A stretch of DNA of 64,000 nt from Candidatus Bathyarchaeota archaeon (GTDB lineage: Archaea; Thermoproteota; Bathyarchaeia; Bathyarchaeales; Bathycorpusculaceae), in contig CAVTBV010000002.1 in assembly GCA_963733095.1 (NCBI GenBank), positions 64,001 through 128,000 of the forward strand, in the 5' to 3' direction. Positions within the stretch are counted from its first letter, which is position 1. The number at the start of each line of letters is the position of its first letter. The notes under the pieces are model-generated. The model saw only the letters and a list, made by a program, of their open reading frames with translations. It was not told the origin of the DNA and did no database searches. A program made the translations under genes and the position numbers. Of this stretch, positions 9,627-19,614 are shown piece after piece.

Positions 9627-9978
9627 AATATTCGCACCAACTTTTGGGGGTCTCCCAAACTCTGGTCTTCTCTAAGGTGACTTCATTAGGCAAATTATCT
9701 TTCATGTTTTTATAAATATACCTAGAAATGTTCTCCACGGATGGATTGCCCAATTCTTTGATATCATTAAGAAAACTGTGGTCAAGCCGTTCAGTTATCT
9801 GCCGAAGTTTTTCTTTCAGTAATCTGAGGTCAAATGAAATTCCAATCGAACCCAACTCTTTTGTAACCACGAAAACCTCAACTTTGTAGCTGTGACCATG
9901 AAGCCGCGCGCATTTTCCCTCGTAACCCTCTATTTTGTGGGCAGCGTCGAATTCTGATTCGATTCTTAGTCTGTACAT
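9616..9978 (-). CDS. queD: 6-carboxy-5,6,7,8-tetrahydropterin synthase (PTPS-I)
   Basis: FDAAH, CARLHGHSY (Cx3HGH, QueD type), LDHSFLN, NPSVENI, VWETP. Confidence 0.92.
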   Translation of the reverse strand: MYRLRIESEFDAAHKIEGYEGKCARLHGHSYKVEVFVVTKELGSIGISFDLRLLKEKLRQITERLDHSFLNDIKELGNPSVENISRYIYKNMKDNLPNEVTLEKTRVWETPKSWCEYFEG

Positions 9979-9990
9979 TTTGATCGCCGT

Positions 9991-10755
9991 CTAAAGAGTT
10001 CCTCGCCATTCAGAGTAAGCATTATGGTCGTGGATAGACTCGAAACTGACACATTTAACTGCGCAATACCTGTTGGGGTACTTTTCTCTTAGAGACTTGA
10101 CGCATTTTCTGACGACGTCTTCAACAAACCTAGCATTGTGGTGCATCTGTTCGACCAACTTCTTTTCTTCGGGACGCTTCAGGATTGAATATGTTGGGGA
10201 GCTAAAACTTTCGCTGCAAACGTTGGTTATATCTGAGAGTTCGATGCCACCTTTTGAAACATCTATCTCAACGCTTAGGTTTCCTCTTTGGTTATGAGTC
10301 AAACCGCCGCACATTTCTTTTGAACAGGGGCAGGCGAGTGCGCCATTGATAGAGATGCCAAGGGACTTGTGTTTGGTGTGCGTCGAGTATTTTGCGAACA
10401 TTTGGCCTATTCCGTTTTCTTTTTCGCCGTTTGGTCGGGTTCGCTCGAATGGAAATTCACAGAACACTTTGGTGCAACAGTCAAAATGATGTTTAGCAAG
10501 GGAGGTTTCAGAGATTTTTTCCGCCAAGTCCTGAATTGATTTTGTTTCCTCGGGAATTTCGTCGATAGACTCTGCAAACCTGCTCATATGTACTCCACGG
10601 CGATCTGAAGGCAATTTGATGTAACTGTTTATTGTAACTATGGTATGATAGCTTGTCGTGGGGCTTTTAACTACAACATATTTTCTTAAGCCTTCCACTC
10701 CAACTTTGTTTAGTTCAATCTCGTTTTCAGGCTTTTCATTTTGGACGTCTTTCAA
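9991..10755 (-). CDS. folE2: GTP cyclohydrolase IB / MptA family
   Basis: DVQ, KVGV, RGVHMSRF, ACPCS, THNQRG, LKRPEE, FVEDVVR, ESIHDHNA. Confidence 0.92.
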   Translation of the reverse strand: MKDVQNEKPENEIELNKVGVEGLRKYVVVKSPTTSYHTIVTINSYIKLPSDRRGVHMSRFAESIDEIPEETKSIQDLAEKISETSLAKHHFDCCTKVFCEFPFERTRPNGEKENGIGQMFAKYSTHTKHKSLGISINGALACPCSKEMCGGLTHNQRGNLSVEIDVSKGGIELSDITNVCSESFSSPTYSILKRPEEKKLVEQMHHNARFVEDVVRKCVKSLREKYPNRYCAVKCVSFESIHDHNAYSEWRGTL

Positions 10756-11172
10756 CTTTTTTACCTCGTTGTCCGAAAGGGATGCCTTTTTGTGTGAGAA
10801 ACATTGGTTTGTGGCAAAACTTGTGCTTTATTTCAAGCTTCAGTTTTGCGATTAGAGTAATCTATTGCTTCAATGCTTCGCTGTTGGTTTGAATATTTTT
10901 TCAAGGCTGTGTAATTTTTTACAATGCGCGGCTATAAAAGACTTTCCGCAAAAGAACAAAGTCTGAAACAAGCCCTCGCTATTAACAAATAAATGTAAAA
11001 AATGTATTGCTGCAAAAACATCTCGAAAACAGGTTAAGTATTTATCCATTTTTAGGCTTATTTTCATTATAGCACCCGTTTTTGGGTCGTTTTAACAGTT
11101 GAGGCAGGCACTTTAGGCATTAGTAAATTTTAAATACAAAATGAAGCCAATTGTACCTTTGAGGTTATTAGC

Positions 11173-11223
11173 GTGGCTAAGACTGCCAAAAAGGTAACTA
11201 AAAAGGTTAAAAAGAAAAAATAG
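11173..11223 (+). CDS. 16-aa lysine-rich micropeptide MAKTAKKVTKKVKKKK
   Basis: GTG start with a GAGGT RBS at 11161, TTTAAATA TATA about 40 nt upstream, and a T-rich terminator-like tract after the TAG. Confidence 0.55.
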   Translation: MAKTAKKVTKKVKKKK

Positions 11224-11395
11224 GGCTTTTTCAAGTTCGCCCAAACCCTCATTTTTCTTTTTTCACTAAGCGAAACTCCCAATATACCTGCTTCACAAAT
11301 TGACATAAAAGCGCTCACTTCCAACTCTTTTCTTAATGCCCACAAAATGTGCTAAAAAACCTTTATCTTACTAAAGTGTTAACCTAGATTGTACG

Positions 11396-12325
11396 GTGAA
11401 TTATTTGGAAAGCAATCCGTTAAGCATAAGTTTTGCCGGTTTGAAATTGGCGAACCCGACGATTCTGGCTTCAGGAATCTTGGGGTACTCTACTGCATCA
11501 CTTAGTCGCATGGCGAAGGGCGGTGCTGGAGCGGTAGTTACAAAATCCGTAGGCATCGAACCCCGAGTGGGTTATTCTAACCCAACGGTGGTTCAAGCTG
11601 AAGCTGGGTTGATTAACGCGATGGGTTTGCCCAATCCGGGTATCGACGTTTACGCTGAAGAAATAAAGTTTTCCAAGACCATCCTACATGTGCCCGTTAT
11701 CGTGAGTGTTTTCGGTTATTCGGCAGAAGAATATGCCACGGTCGCGAAAAAAGCGGTTAATGCAGGCGCCGATGCAATTGAACTCAACGTTTCCTGTCCG
11801 CATGTTCGCCAGACAGGTGCTGAAATCGGTCAGAGCCCAAAATTCCTCTCTGAGGTTGTGTTACAGGTTAAGGCAGCCATCAACAAACCATTGATAGTAA
11901 AGTTGTCACCAAACGTTTCAGATATTGCTGCGTTGGCTCGGACGGCTGTTGAGTCGGGGGCTGATGCGTTGACCGCAGTGAATACGCTTAAGGCAATGGC
12001 GATTGACTCTGAAACAACGCTTCCACTCCTCAGCAACGTAAAAGGCGGATTGTCGGGACCAGCAGTTAAGCCAGTCGCTTTGCGGTGCGTTTACGATATA
12101 CATGAAGCATTGAATGATATCCCCATTATCGGCTGCGGAGGAATATCAAGTTGGCAGGATGCCGTCGAGTTTTTCTTGGCGGGTGCATCTGCGGTTCAGA
12201 TTGGCACAGCAGTTGCCGTTGACGCGGAAGTTTTCCAAACCATAAATAAAGGCGTAGAAGTATATTTGAGACGAAAGCATTTTAGGAGTGTAAAAGAAAT
12301 TGTCGGCCTTGCACACCACAAATAA
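11396..12325 (+). CDS. pyrD: Dihydroorotate dehydrogenase class 1B, catalytic subunit
   Basis: NPTILASG, VVTKS, INAMGLPNPG, ELNVSCPH, KLSPNV, GGLSGP. Confidence 0.95.
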   Translation: MNYLESNPLSISFAGLKLANPTILASGILGYSTASLSRMAKGGAGAVVTKSVGIEPRVGYSNPTVVQAEAGLINAMGLPNPGIDVYAEEIKFSKTILHVPVIVSVFGYSAEEYATVAKKAVNAGADAIELNVSCPHVRQTGAEIGQSPKFLSEVVLQVKAAINKPLIVKLSPNVSDIAALARTAVESGADALTAVNTLKAMAIDSETTLPLLSNVKGGLSGPAVKPVALRCVYDIHEALNDIPIIGCGGISSWQDAVEFFLAGASAVQIGTAVAVDAEVFQTINKGVEVYLRRKHFRSVKEIVGLAHHK

Positions 12326-13118
12326 TTCTCTGCGAACAACGCAGATTGTTCGAATTCAAAATGAGAGTCCAACAGTTAAAACCTTCACGTTTACCGATAA
12401 ACTGTGCAGCAAAGCCAAGCCAGGGCAATTTTTGATGCTGTGGATTCCGGGTATAGATGAGATTCCTCTGAGCATTCTGGATGCAGGCGACAATTTGGTC
12501 TCGGTCTCTGTTAAAGCCGTTGGAGATGCAACACGGCACCTTCACAACTTGGACGCAGGGGCAACCATCGGAGTCCGTGGACCATTCGGAAATAACTTCA
12601 CGGAAAGCCGCGGTAGAGTCCTCTTAGTTGGCGGCGGAACAGGCACAGCCCCCTTGCTGTTCTTAGCAAAACAACTGGAAGCAAAAACAGAGCGGCTCTC
12701 GTTTGTAGAGGGCGCTAAAACCAAAGAAGAACTGCTCTTTGTGCATGAATTAGGCGGAATTTGTAGAGAGAAAAATCTAATCACAACAACTGAGGATGGC
12801 ACCGCGGGTTTGCAGTGCCTTGTCACCCAGCCGCTTGCCGAGCTTTTGGACAAAGAACACCTTGACATGATTTACACATGTGGTCCCGAAGTTATGGTCA
12901 AGAAAATCTTTGAAATGACTGAGCAGCGCAAGTTGCCGTTGGAAGCAAGTTTGGAGCGGCTGATGCGATGCGGGATTGGTTTGTGCGGAAGCTGCGTCAT
13001 CGGTAAGTACCGGGTTTGCAGGGATGGCCCAGTTTTTACTGCAGCGCAACTGCGCGAAGTCAAAGGAGAGTTGGGCGTTTCAAAGATTGGCTTTGACGGT
13101 TCACGCATCCCCTTTTAA
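12300..13118 (+). CDS. pyrK: Dihydroorotate dehydrogenase electron transfer subunit
   Basis: PGQF, RGPFG, GGGTGTAP, CGPE, MRCGIGLCGSC...VCRDGPVF. Confidence 0.95.
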   Translation: MSALHTTNNSLRTTQIVRIQNESPTVKTFTFTDKLCSKAKPGQFLMLWIPGIDEIPLSILDAGDNLVSVSVKAVGDATRHLHNLDAGATIGVRGPFGNNFTESRGRVLLVGGGTGTAPLLFLAKQLEAKTERLSFVEGAKTKEELLFVHELGGICREKNLITTTEDGTAGLQCLVTQPLAELLDKEHLDMIYTCGPEVMVKKIFEMTEQRKLPLEASLERLMRCGIGLCGSCVIGKYRVCRDGPVFTAAQLREVKGELGVSKIGFDGSRIPF

Positions 13119-13162
13119 CCACCCTTTATTTCCATTTAGTTAGACTTTCTTATTGGCGGAAA

Positions 13163-14182
13163 GTGGCTAAGAAAAAAGATTGTGAGGAAAGTACAATGGA
13201 AAATTTGGCAATTGAAAGCAAAGATGTTTCTTGGACTGTTGACGGTATCAGTGTTTATGGAACAATTACGGCTCCTGCAAATTTAGCGTCTAGTTGTGGG
13301 GCTGTTTTTGTAGCTGGGAGTGGCCCAACTGACCGCGATTGGTGTTCTCCCCTTTTGCCTGGAACTAACGGAAGCGGGAAATTGTTGGCTGAGTTGTTGG
13401 CTCAAGAGGGGTTTGTTACTCTGCGTTATGATAAGCGTGCTTCTGGACCTCATGTCATGGAGAACATATCTAAGTTAATCGGCAAAATTAGCATGCAAAG
13501 CCACATAGACGAATTGTCAGGAGCTGTGGAAACACTGATTTCCGAGGGGCATGTTAGGGACGATTGTGTTTTTGCCATTACAAACAGCGAAGGAGCAATT
13601 CATGCCTTGAACTATCAGATGCAGTCTAAGAGTCGTCATTTCAAGGGGTTGGTGCTTACGGGTGCTCCCGGAAGGTCCATTGGAGCAGTCGGTCGGAGCC
13701 AGATTTTAGCGCAGGTTAAGGCTTTACCAAACGGCGACGACATCATGAAGCGTTATGATGAGGCAATCGTGGCGTTTGTGGCTGGCAAGCCTGTGGTACC
13801 CGAAGTTGGTTTTCCCGAGGACATTCGTCAGTTGCTTTTGAGTTTGGTAAGCCCCGCCAATTTGCCGTTTGCCCGGGAACTCTGGTTATATGACCCTTCT
13901 GAAGTCATCGCAAAAGTGAACGAGCCCATCTTGGTAGTTATTGGAAAGAAAGATAACCAAGTTGACTGGCAAGCCGACGGCAAAGTCCTCCAGAAGGCAA
14001 CCGCCCAAAAAACCAACATAGCTTTCGTTTACCCAGAAAACGCCAACCACGTCCTAAAACACGACAAGACACCAAGAGAACAACTCACTGCACAAGCATC
14101 GTTAAACTATAACGCGCCAGATACGAAACTTGACCAAGAAACTGCCGAAACGATAATTAACTGGCTTAAAAAACAAACCTAA
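13163..14182 (+). CDS. Alpha/beta hydrolase
   Basis: AGSGPTDRD, RYDKR, nucleophile elbow TNSEG, GKKDNQV, NHVLK. Confidence 0.85.
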   Translation: MAKKKDCEESTMENLAIESKDVSWTVDGISVYGTITAPANLASSCGAVFVAGSGPTDRDWCSPLLPGTNGSGKLLAELLAQEGFVTLRYDKRASGPHVMENISKLIGKISMQSHIDELSGAVETLISEGHVRDDCVFAITNSEGAIHALNYQMQSKSRHFKGLVLTGAPGRSIGAVGRSQILAQVKALPNGDDIMKRYDEAIVAFVAGKPVVPEVGFPEDIRQLLLSLVSPANLPFARELWLYDPSEVIAKVNEPILVVIGKKDNQVDWQADGKVLQKATAQKTNIAFVYPENANHVLKHDKTPREQLTAQASLNYNAPDTKLDQETAETIINWLKKQT

Positions 14183-14305
14183 TGTCTCAAGCGGTAGAGT
14201 AGTAAAAAAATTAGGGGCTATTCTGAGAAGTATTCAACCGTTTCCTATTAGTATGTTCAGGCAAAACAGGCTTGGTTTTAGCTAAAGAGTTAAACCACTC
14301 ATTCT

Positions 14306-17218
14306 ATGAGTATTTTAGGCAGGAAAATGCAAATAGAAAGTATCAATTCCGTTTTCGAATTACTCGCCAAACCCGTCCGGAAAGCCTTAGCCCAGCTTGG
14401 ATTCACCGCGCCAACCCTGCCCCAGACATTGTCTTTTCCGCCAATTCTCAAGGGCAAAAACGTGCTTTTGATAGCGCCCACTGGAACAGGAAAGACAGAG
14501 GCGGTTCTCTTGCCAATTTTTTCTAAGCTAATCGAACAGAAAAACCAGGACCAGAGCGGCATCCAAGTAATCTACATCACGCCATTAAGAGCACTCAACC
14601 GTGATATGTTCAAGCGCTTGACGTTTTGGAGCCAACAACTAGACATAACCGTTGAGGTTCGCCATGGAGACACTGAAATGAAAATCCGCCGAAAACAAGC
14701 ACTAAAACCGCCTCAAATCCTCGTCACCACACCAGAGACTTTGCAGGCGATTTTGCCCGGTTCACAGATGCGCCGACACCTCAGCAACATGCAATGCGTA
14801 ATAATCGATGAGGTGCATGATTTGGCAGAGAGCAAACGGGGTGCACAACTGACTATTGCACTTGAACGTATGGTTGAGGCAACTGGGAAAGATTTTCAGA
14901 GGATTGGCTTATCTGCTACTGTTGGCAATCCCGAGGAAGTTGGACGTTTCATTGTTGGTGCAAGCCGAGAAATCAGCGTTGTGCAGGCGGTTTTGGCTAA
15001 GAATTACCGTTACCGTGTTGAGTTTTTAATGCCCTCTGAGAAGGATTATGAGTTGGCGGCTAAACTGGAAACTTCGCCTGAAGCGTCGGCGAGAATTCGT
15101 CGATTGTCTGAATTGATTGATTCGCACAAATCGACTTTGGTTTTCGTGAATAGCCGTACTATCGCTGAACTTTTGGGACACCGCTTTGACCAACTTAACC
15201 TGACAGATATAGCGGTGCATCATGGTTCGTTATCTCGCGAAGAACGTGTGCTGACCGAGGATGCTTTCAAAGCAGGAACCCTGAAAGCAATTATTTGCAC
15301 CAGTACGCTAGAGTTGGGCATAGACATAGGCAATGTGGACTTGGTTATTCAGTATATGTCTCCGCGGCAAGTAAGCAGCCTCATTCAAAGGGTAGGTCGA
15401 AGCGGCCACAGTTTGGAGAGGCTTTCAGAAGGCATTATCGTTACGGCTTTCCCAGATGACACTTTGGAATCCATGGCGGCAGTCGCAAACGCCAAAGCCA
15501 ACAAGATTGAACCAGTAATCTTCCATAAGAACGCCTTAGATGTTTTGGCGCATCAAATCGCAGGTATCCTCATGGATAAAGAAAGTATCACCCAACAAGA
15601 ACTCTTAACGCTGATTCAAAGGGCTTACCCATACAGCACGCTAACTGAAGAAAAACTTCGGGATGTAGTGCAGTTTTTGGAAAGCCTCCGCAAACTAAGA
15701 ACCGAACAAGAGGGGAAAGTTTTGAAGAAAACTGGACGAACACGTGAATACTACTACAGCAACCTGTCTATGATTCCCGACGAGAAACGTTATCCCGTCA
15801 TAAACATAATCAGCGACCGAAAAATCGGCACCTTAGGCGACGAATTCATGACCCTGCATGCACGCGTGGGTCTGCATTTTGTTATGCGTGGAAAGGTTTG
15901 GCGCATCGTCCAAATTGAGGATGAAACGGGAACCGTGCATGTTTTGCCTGCGGAAGACCCTTCAGCGGCTATTCCAGGGTGGGATGGCGAGATTTTGCCT
16001 GTGCCATTTGATCTTGCACAGCAGACTGGCGTAATGCGTGAAAAAGTTGCGAATTTACTCAAAGAGGGCAAAAAGCCTGAGGTAGCGGCTGAAGAGTTAG
16101 CGTTGGAGATGAAGACTGACAAGGGAACGCTCGTTGATACGGCTTTGGAGATTGCTGAGCAACTTAAAGAGGGAGCTCCGTTGCCTACGCAGAACCGCAT
16201 AGTCATAGAGGTTTTAGACCGCTACATCGTCGTTCACGCGTGTTTTGGCGAGTTGGTCAACCGTACATTCGGTGGAATCTTTGATTCGGTTCTCTCAGAA
16301 CGTGAAGCAATTACTGGTTGGTGGACAGATGGCTACAGAATCCTAATCGAGACCAGCCATAAACCATCAATGCAAGAAGTTGGCGGCTTGGCGAAAGAGC
16401 TTTTTGATTTATCGGATGAGAGGGTAGCTGAGGCTTTCTTGAATCATGTGAACTCAAAATTCCCGTTCGTTAGCCGAATGAAGGCTATTGCGGAACGCTT
16501 TGGAGCTTTGCCACGGGGAAAAACCTTAGCTCACTCCGACCGCGCCGAAAAGCTCAAAGCCGCCTTCGAAGGCACACCCATTTACGATGAAACTCTGCGG
16601 GAAGTCATGATGGATAAAGTCGACTTGCCCCAAGTTAGAAGAATAATTCACGACATAAAAGAAGGAAAAATCACGGTCAACACCGTTACCCGCGAAAAAC
16701 CGTCGCCACTGGCTTACCACATCCTGATGCAGTATGCAGACACCGCCGAACTCATGGCTCCCGAACGCCTGCTCTTAACCAACATCGACCGCATGAAACA
16801 CTCCATCGAGGCCCGAGTCGCCAAACTGCTCTGCATGAATTGCGGCGCTTGGACCAAACAAATCCGAATAAAAGACTTAGCTCAGGAACCTGAATGCGAA
16901 AACTGCTACTCTCATCTCATAACGCTGCTGTACTTCAGCCAAGATGCGGATAAGCTGGTAGAGGATTTGCAGAAGCGTCGGGAAGGCAAAGAACTAACGC
17001 CCGAAGAACTCAAAGAACTCAGCAACGCCAGACGCAAGGCTGATTTGATTTTGAGTTATGGAAAACAGGCGGTTCGTGCCTTGCAGGTGAAGGGTGTTGG
17101 TCCAGAGACAGCTTCAAGGATTCTGGGCAGGATGCATCCTGACGAAGACACATTCTATATGGATTTGCTTAAAGCCAAGGTTCAGTATTTGCGCACAAGA
17201 GAATTCTGGGACAAGTAA
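14306..17218 (+). CDS. lhr: Lhr-family SF2 helicase with C-terminal Zn finger and HhH
   Basis: APTGTGKT, TPLRALNRD, DEVH, SAT, HHGSL, TSTLELGID, QRVGRSGH; CxxC...CxxC; GVGPETA. Confidence 0.92.
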   Translation: MSILGRKMQIESINSVFELLAKPVRKALAQLGFTAPTLPQTLSFPPILKGKNVLLIAPTGTGKTEAVLLPIFSKLIEQKNQDQSGIQVIYITPLRALNRDMFKRLTFWSQQLDITVEVRHGDTEMKIRRKQALKPPQILVTTPETLQAILPGSQMRRHLSNMQCVIIDEVHDLAESKRGAQLTIALERMVEATGKDFQRIGLSATVGNPEEVGRFIVGASREISVVQAVLAKNYRYRVEFLMPSEKDYELAAKLETSPEASARIRRLSELIDSHKSTLVFVNSRTIAELLGHRFDQLNLTDIAVHHGSLSREERVLTEDAFKAGTLKAIICTSTLELGIDIGNVDLVIQYMSPRQVSSLIQRVGRSGHSLERLSEGIIVTAFPDDTLESMAAVANAKANKIEPVIFHKNALDVLAHQIAGILMDKESITQQELLTLIQRAYPYSTLTEEKLRDVVQFLESLRKLRTEQEGKVLKKTGRTREYYYSNLSMIPDEKRYPVINIISDRKIGTLGDEFMTLHARVGLHFVMRGKVWRIVQIEDETGTVHVLPAEDPSAAIPGWDGEILPVPFDLAQQTGVMREKVANLLKEGKKPEVAAEELALEMKTDKGTLVDTALEIAEQLKEGAPLPTQNRIVIEVLDRYIVVHACFGELVNRTFGGIFDSVLSEREAITGWWTDGYRILIETSHKPSMQEVGGLAKELFDLSDERVAEAFLNHVNSKFPFVSRMKAIAERFGALPRGKTLAHSDRAEKLKAAFEGTPIYDETLREVMMDKVDLPQVRRIIHDIKEGKITVNTVTREKPSPLAYHILMQYADTAELMAPERLLLTNIDRMKHSIEARVAKLLCMNCGAWTKQIRIKDLAQEPECENCYSHLITLLYFSQDADKLVEDLQKRREGKELTPEELKELSNARRKADLILSYGKQAVRALQVKGVGPETASRILGRMHPDEDTFYMDLLKAKVQYLRTREFWDK

Positions 17219-17277
17219 CAACTTGTGGATTGATCGACATTTCATAATGAAAATATAAAAATTTTTAAAATTTTTGT

Positions 17278-18058
17278 TTAAAACACGTTTGTTTTAGGCA
17301 ACTTACGGTTGAGCTTTATCGCTACAAATGTTGAGGCTACTAAAGTAATGAGCACCAAAAAGACTGTGGGGTATTATTGAACGGTGCTGTAAACGTTTGA
17401 TTCCGCAAGTGCTACGTTAATTGATATGTCTGCGTTGACTTGGTCTGATCGAGTTACCATCGTATAAGACATTTCTAACAGGGAACCAGTCTGTTGATCC
17501 CAGTATGTGTTTTGCGTGTTGGGTTGTTGTAGAGGACCAGTTATCCCCAAACCTGCGAGTTCATCCTGAGTTACCTCGTAGTACATTGTGATGATTTCAT
17601 GGTTAACCTGTCTGTCCCCCGATGGGCAGGTTCTGGTTATTGTTTCGTTGATTACTTCGTTACCTTTTCCTTGGTAGATTTGGTCGTTTGGGTTAAGGTT
17701 AGCGGCAATGAGAAACATGGTGAGGTTGCCTTGTCCCGTTAATACGTCGGTTATGCCTGTGTCTAATTGTTGGGTGACGTTCTTGAATAAGGTTAGCATT
17801 TGTGCTGTCACTTCGGTTCCGGAGACTTGAGTGATTGTTTCTTGAACCCAATCGATGGGTGTAGCTTGGTTAATTAAGGGTTGAAGAAAGTCTGGAAGAG
17901 TAATGGGCATCCGTCGTGTTAATGTCGAGTGTGTATGTGTATTTGAAGCTGTTGCCTACTTCGACTCCGGGTACACGGGTTTGAGCGAGTGCTTTGCTTG
18001 AAATTACGCTAAGCATGATTGCGATTACAAGGATTCCGATGATTTTCAGATTTTTCAT
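17278..18058 (-). pseudogene. Secreted cell-surface protein with C-terminal anchor, disrupted
   Basis: The signal peptide ORF (17870..18058) frameshifts near 17910 into ORF 17374..17910. After its TAA the same frame continues YPTVFLVLITLVASTFVAIKLNRK (TM plus basic tail) to a stop at 17278. Confidence 0.75.
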
Positions 18059-18288
18059 TTACGTAACTTGTGACATACTACAGGATATCGCTTAGTATTT
18101 ATTTCCTCTTAATCGCTGAAAAGTAAAATTAGAAGAAATTAAGGGACTGGACAAATTTAGAAGCTTAAATCCTGTTCAAGATGCGTTTTCTGATCGAGGA
18201 AAACATTTGAAATGCTCCAAACATAATTGGTGCTTACAAGCTTTTAATAAGCAATTCAATTGAATCTTTCAATCAACAGTGACAACCA

Positions 18289-19578
18289 ATGGAAAAGAAA
18301 GAACCCCAAAGACTGAAACGTTCGATTGGTTTATGGAGTGCCGTAGCCATCAATGTTGGCGCAATCATAGGAGGCGGAATCTTCGTTGTCACCGGCATCG
18401 TGGCAGGCTACGCTGGCTCAGCACTAGTCATATCCATGGTTATCGCTGGGGTCATCGCTTTCTTCACTGCATTGAGCTTTGCAAAACTAACCGCTTGGCA
18501 ACCTGTCGAAGGCAGCGTCTACGAGTACGGGCGCCAACTAGTTTCGCCTTATGCGGGGTTTTTGGCAGGTTGGATGTGGATTGTAGCGAACACGTTTACT
18601 GGAGCTGCGGTTTCATTGGGGTTTGCGTATTATTTGGCTGCGGCTTTTCCTGGTTTACCTGTAGGTTACGTTGCAGCTGCCCTCTGTTTGGCATTTACAG
18701 CCCTAAATCTAATCGGTGCAAGACAATCCGCAAGCGTAAACAATGTCCTTGTCACCATCAAACTTGCAATTCTCGGATTCTTCGTTGCGTTCGGCGTTTT
18801 CCACGTGAACACAGGCAATTTCATACCCTTCATTCCCTTATCAAACGGGGTACTCTACGGTACCTTCTTCATTTTCTTTGCTTATGGCGGGTTCGCACGT
18901 GTTGCGGTTGTTGCTGAGGAAATCAAAGATGCCAAACGAAATGTACCTCGCGCGATGCTTTTGTCGTTGGGGATTTCAATGGGGGTCTACGTTTTAGTTG
19001 GGCTGGTCGCCGTTGGTTTGCTGGGTCCCATTGGGCTTGCAGTTTCTCCTTCACCTTTAAGCACCGCCATGGGCACCACAGGTAATTATCTGGCTGTCCA
19101 AATCATCGCGGTTGGAGGTTTGGTGGCAACGGCAAGTGTTTTGTTGACTTCGATTTTAGGGGTTTCCCGTATGGCATATTCGATGGCACGGCGCAACGAC
19201 TTGCCCTTGCTGTTGTCTAGGTTACATAGCCGGTTTTTCACTCCATACTACGCGATTTTAGGCAGCGGTGTGTTGATGGCTGTTTTGGTACTGTTCGTAG
19301 ATTTGAATCGTGTAGTTGCTATTAGCACCTTTGCCCTTCTGTTTAATTATTCAATCACAAACTTTGCAGCTTTCAAACTCAAGAACGGAGGCGGCTGGAT
19401 GCGGTTTGTGCCTTTGATAGGGTTGGCTACCTGCTTTTTGTTGTTGGTGTTTATCCTTTTAGCTTCATTCGATGCATGGATTATTGGTGTTGTTTTCCTA
19501 ATTGCAGGAACCTCCTTCTACACAGCGCGTAGAAAACTGAAAGGACAAGATGTGAAAAATTCTTTTAGGCTGCGATAA
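18289..19578 (+). CDS. APC family amino acid permease
   Basis: GAIIGGGIF, EGSVYEY, FFAYGGF...AEEIKD; about 12 TM helices. Confidence 0.92.
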   Translation: MEKKEPQRLKRSIGLWSAVAINVGAIIGGGIFVVTGIVAGYAGSALVISMVIAGVIAFFTALSFAKLTAWQPVEGSVYEYGRQLVSPYAGFLAGWMWIVANTFTGAAVSLGFAYYLAAAFPGLPVGYVAAALCLAFTALNLIGARQSASVNNVLVTIKLAILGFFVAFGVFHVNTGNFIPFIPLSNGVLYGTFFIFFAYGGFARVAVVAEEIKDAKRNVPRAMLLSLGISMGVYVLVGLVAVGLLGPIGLAVSPSPLSTAMGTTGNYLAVQIIAVGGLVATASVLLTSILGVSRMAYSMARRNDLPLLLSRLHSRFFTPYYAILGSGVLMAVLVLFVDLNRVVAISTFALLFNYSITNFAAFKLKNGGGWMRFVPLIGLATCFLLLVFILLASFDAWIIGVVFLIAGTSFYTARRKLKGQDVKNSFRLR

Positions 19579-19614
19579 GAATTTTAAGCTTCAACAAACC
19601 TTAAAGTTAGGAAA

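Noticed and set aside
10870-11067. 65-aa ORF with scattered Cys/His (AN1 zinc-finger-like?)
   Set aside because: Ligand spacing is incomplete and there is no clear RBS, so it cannot be supported.
18279-18917. 212-aa same-strand alternative-frame ORF over the permease
   Set aside because: Its Arg/Cys-rich composition is typical of an off-frame reading of a hydrophobic gene.
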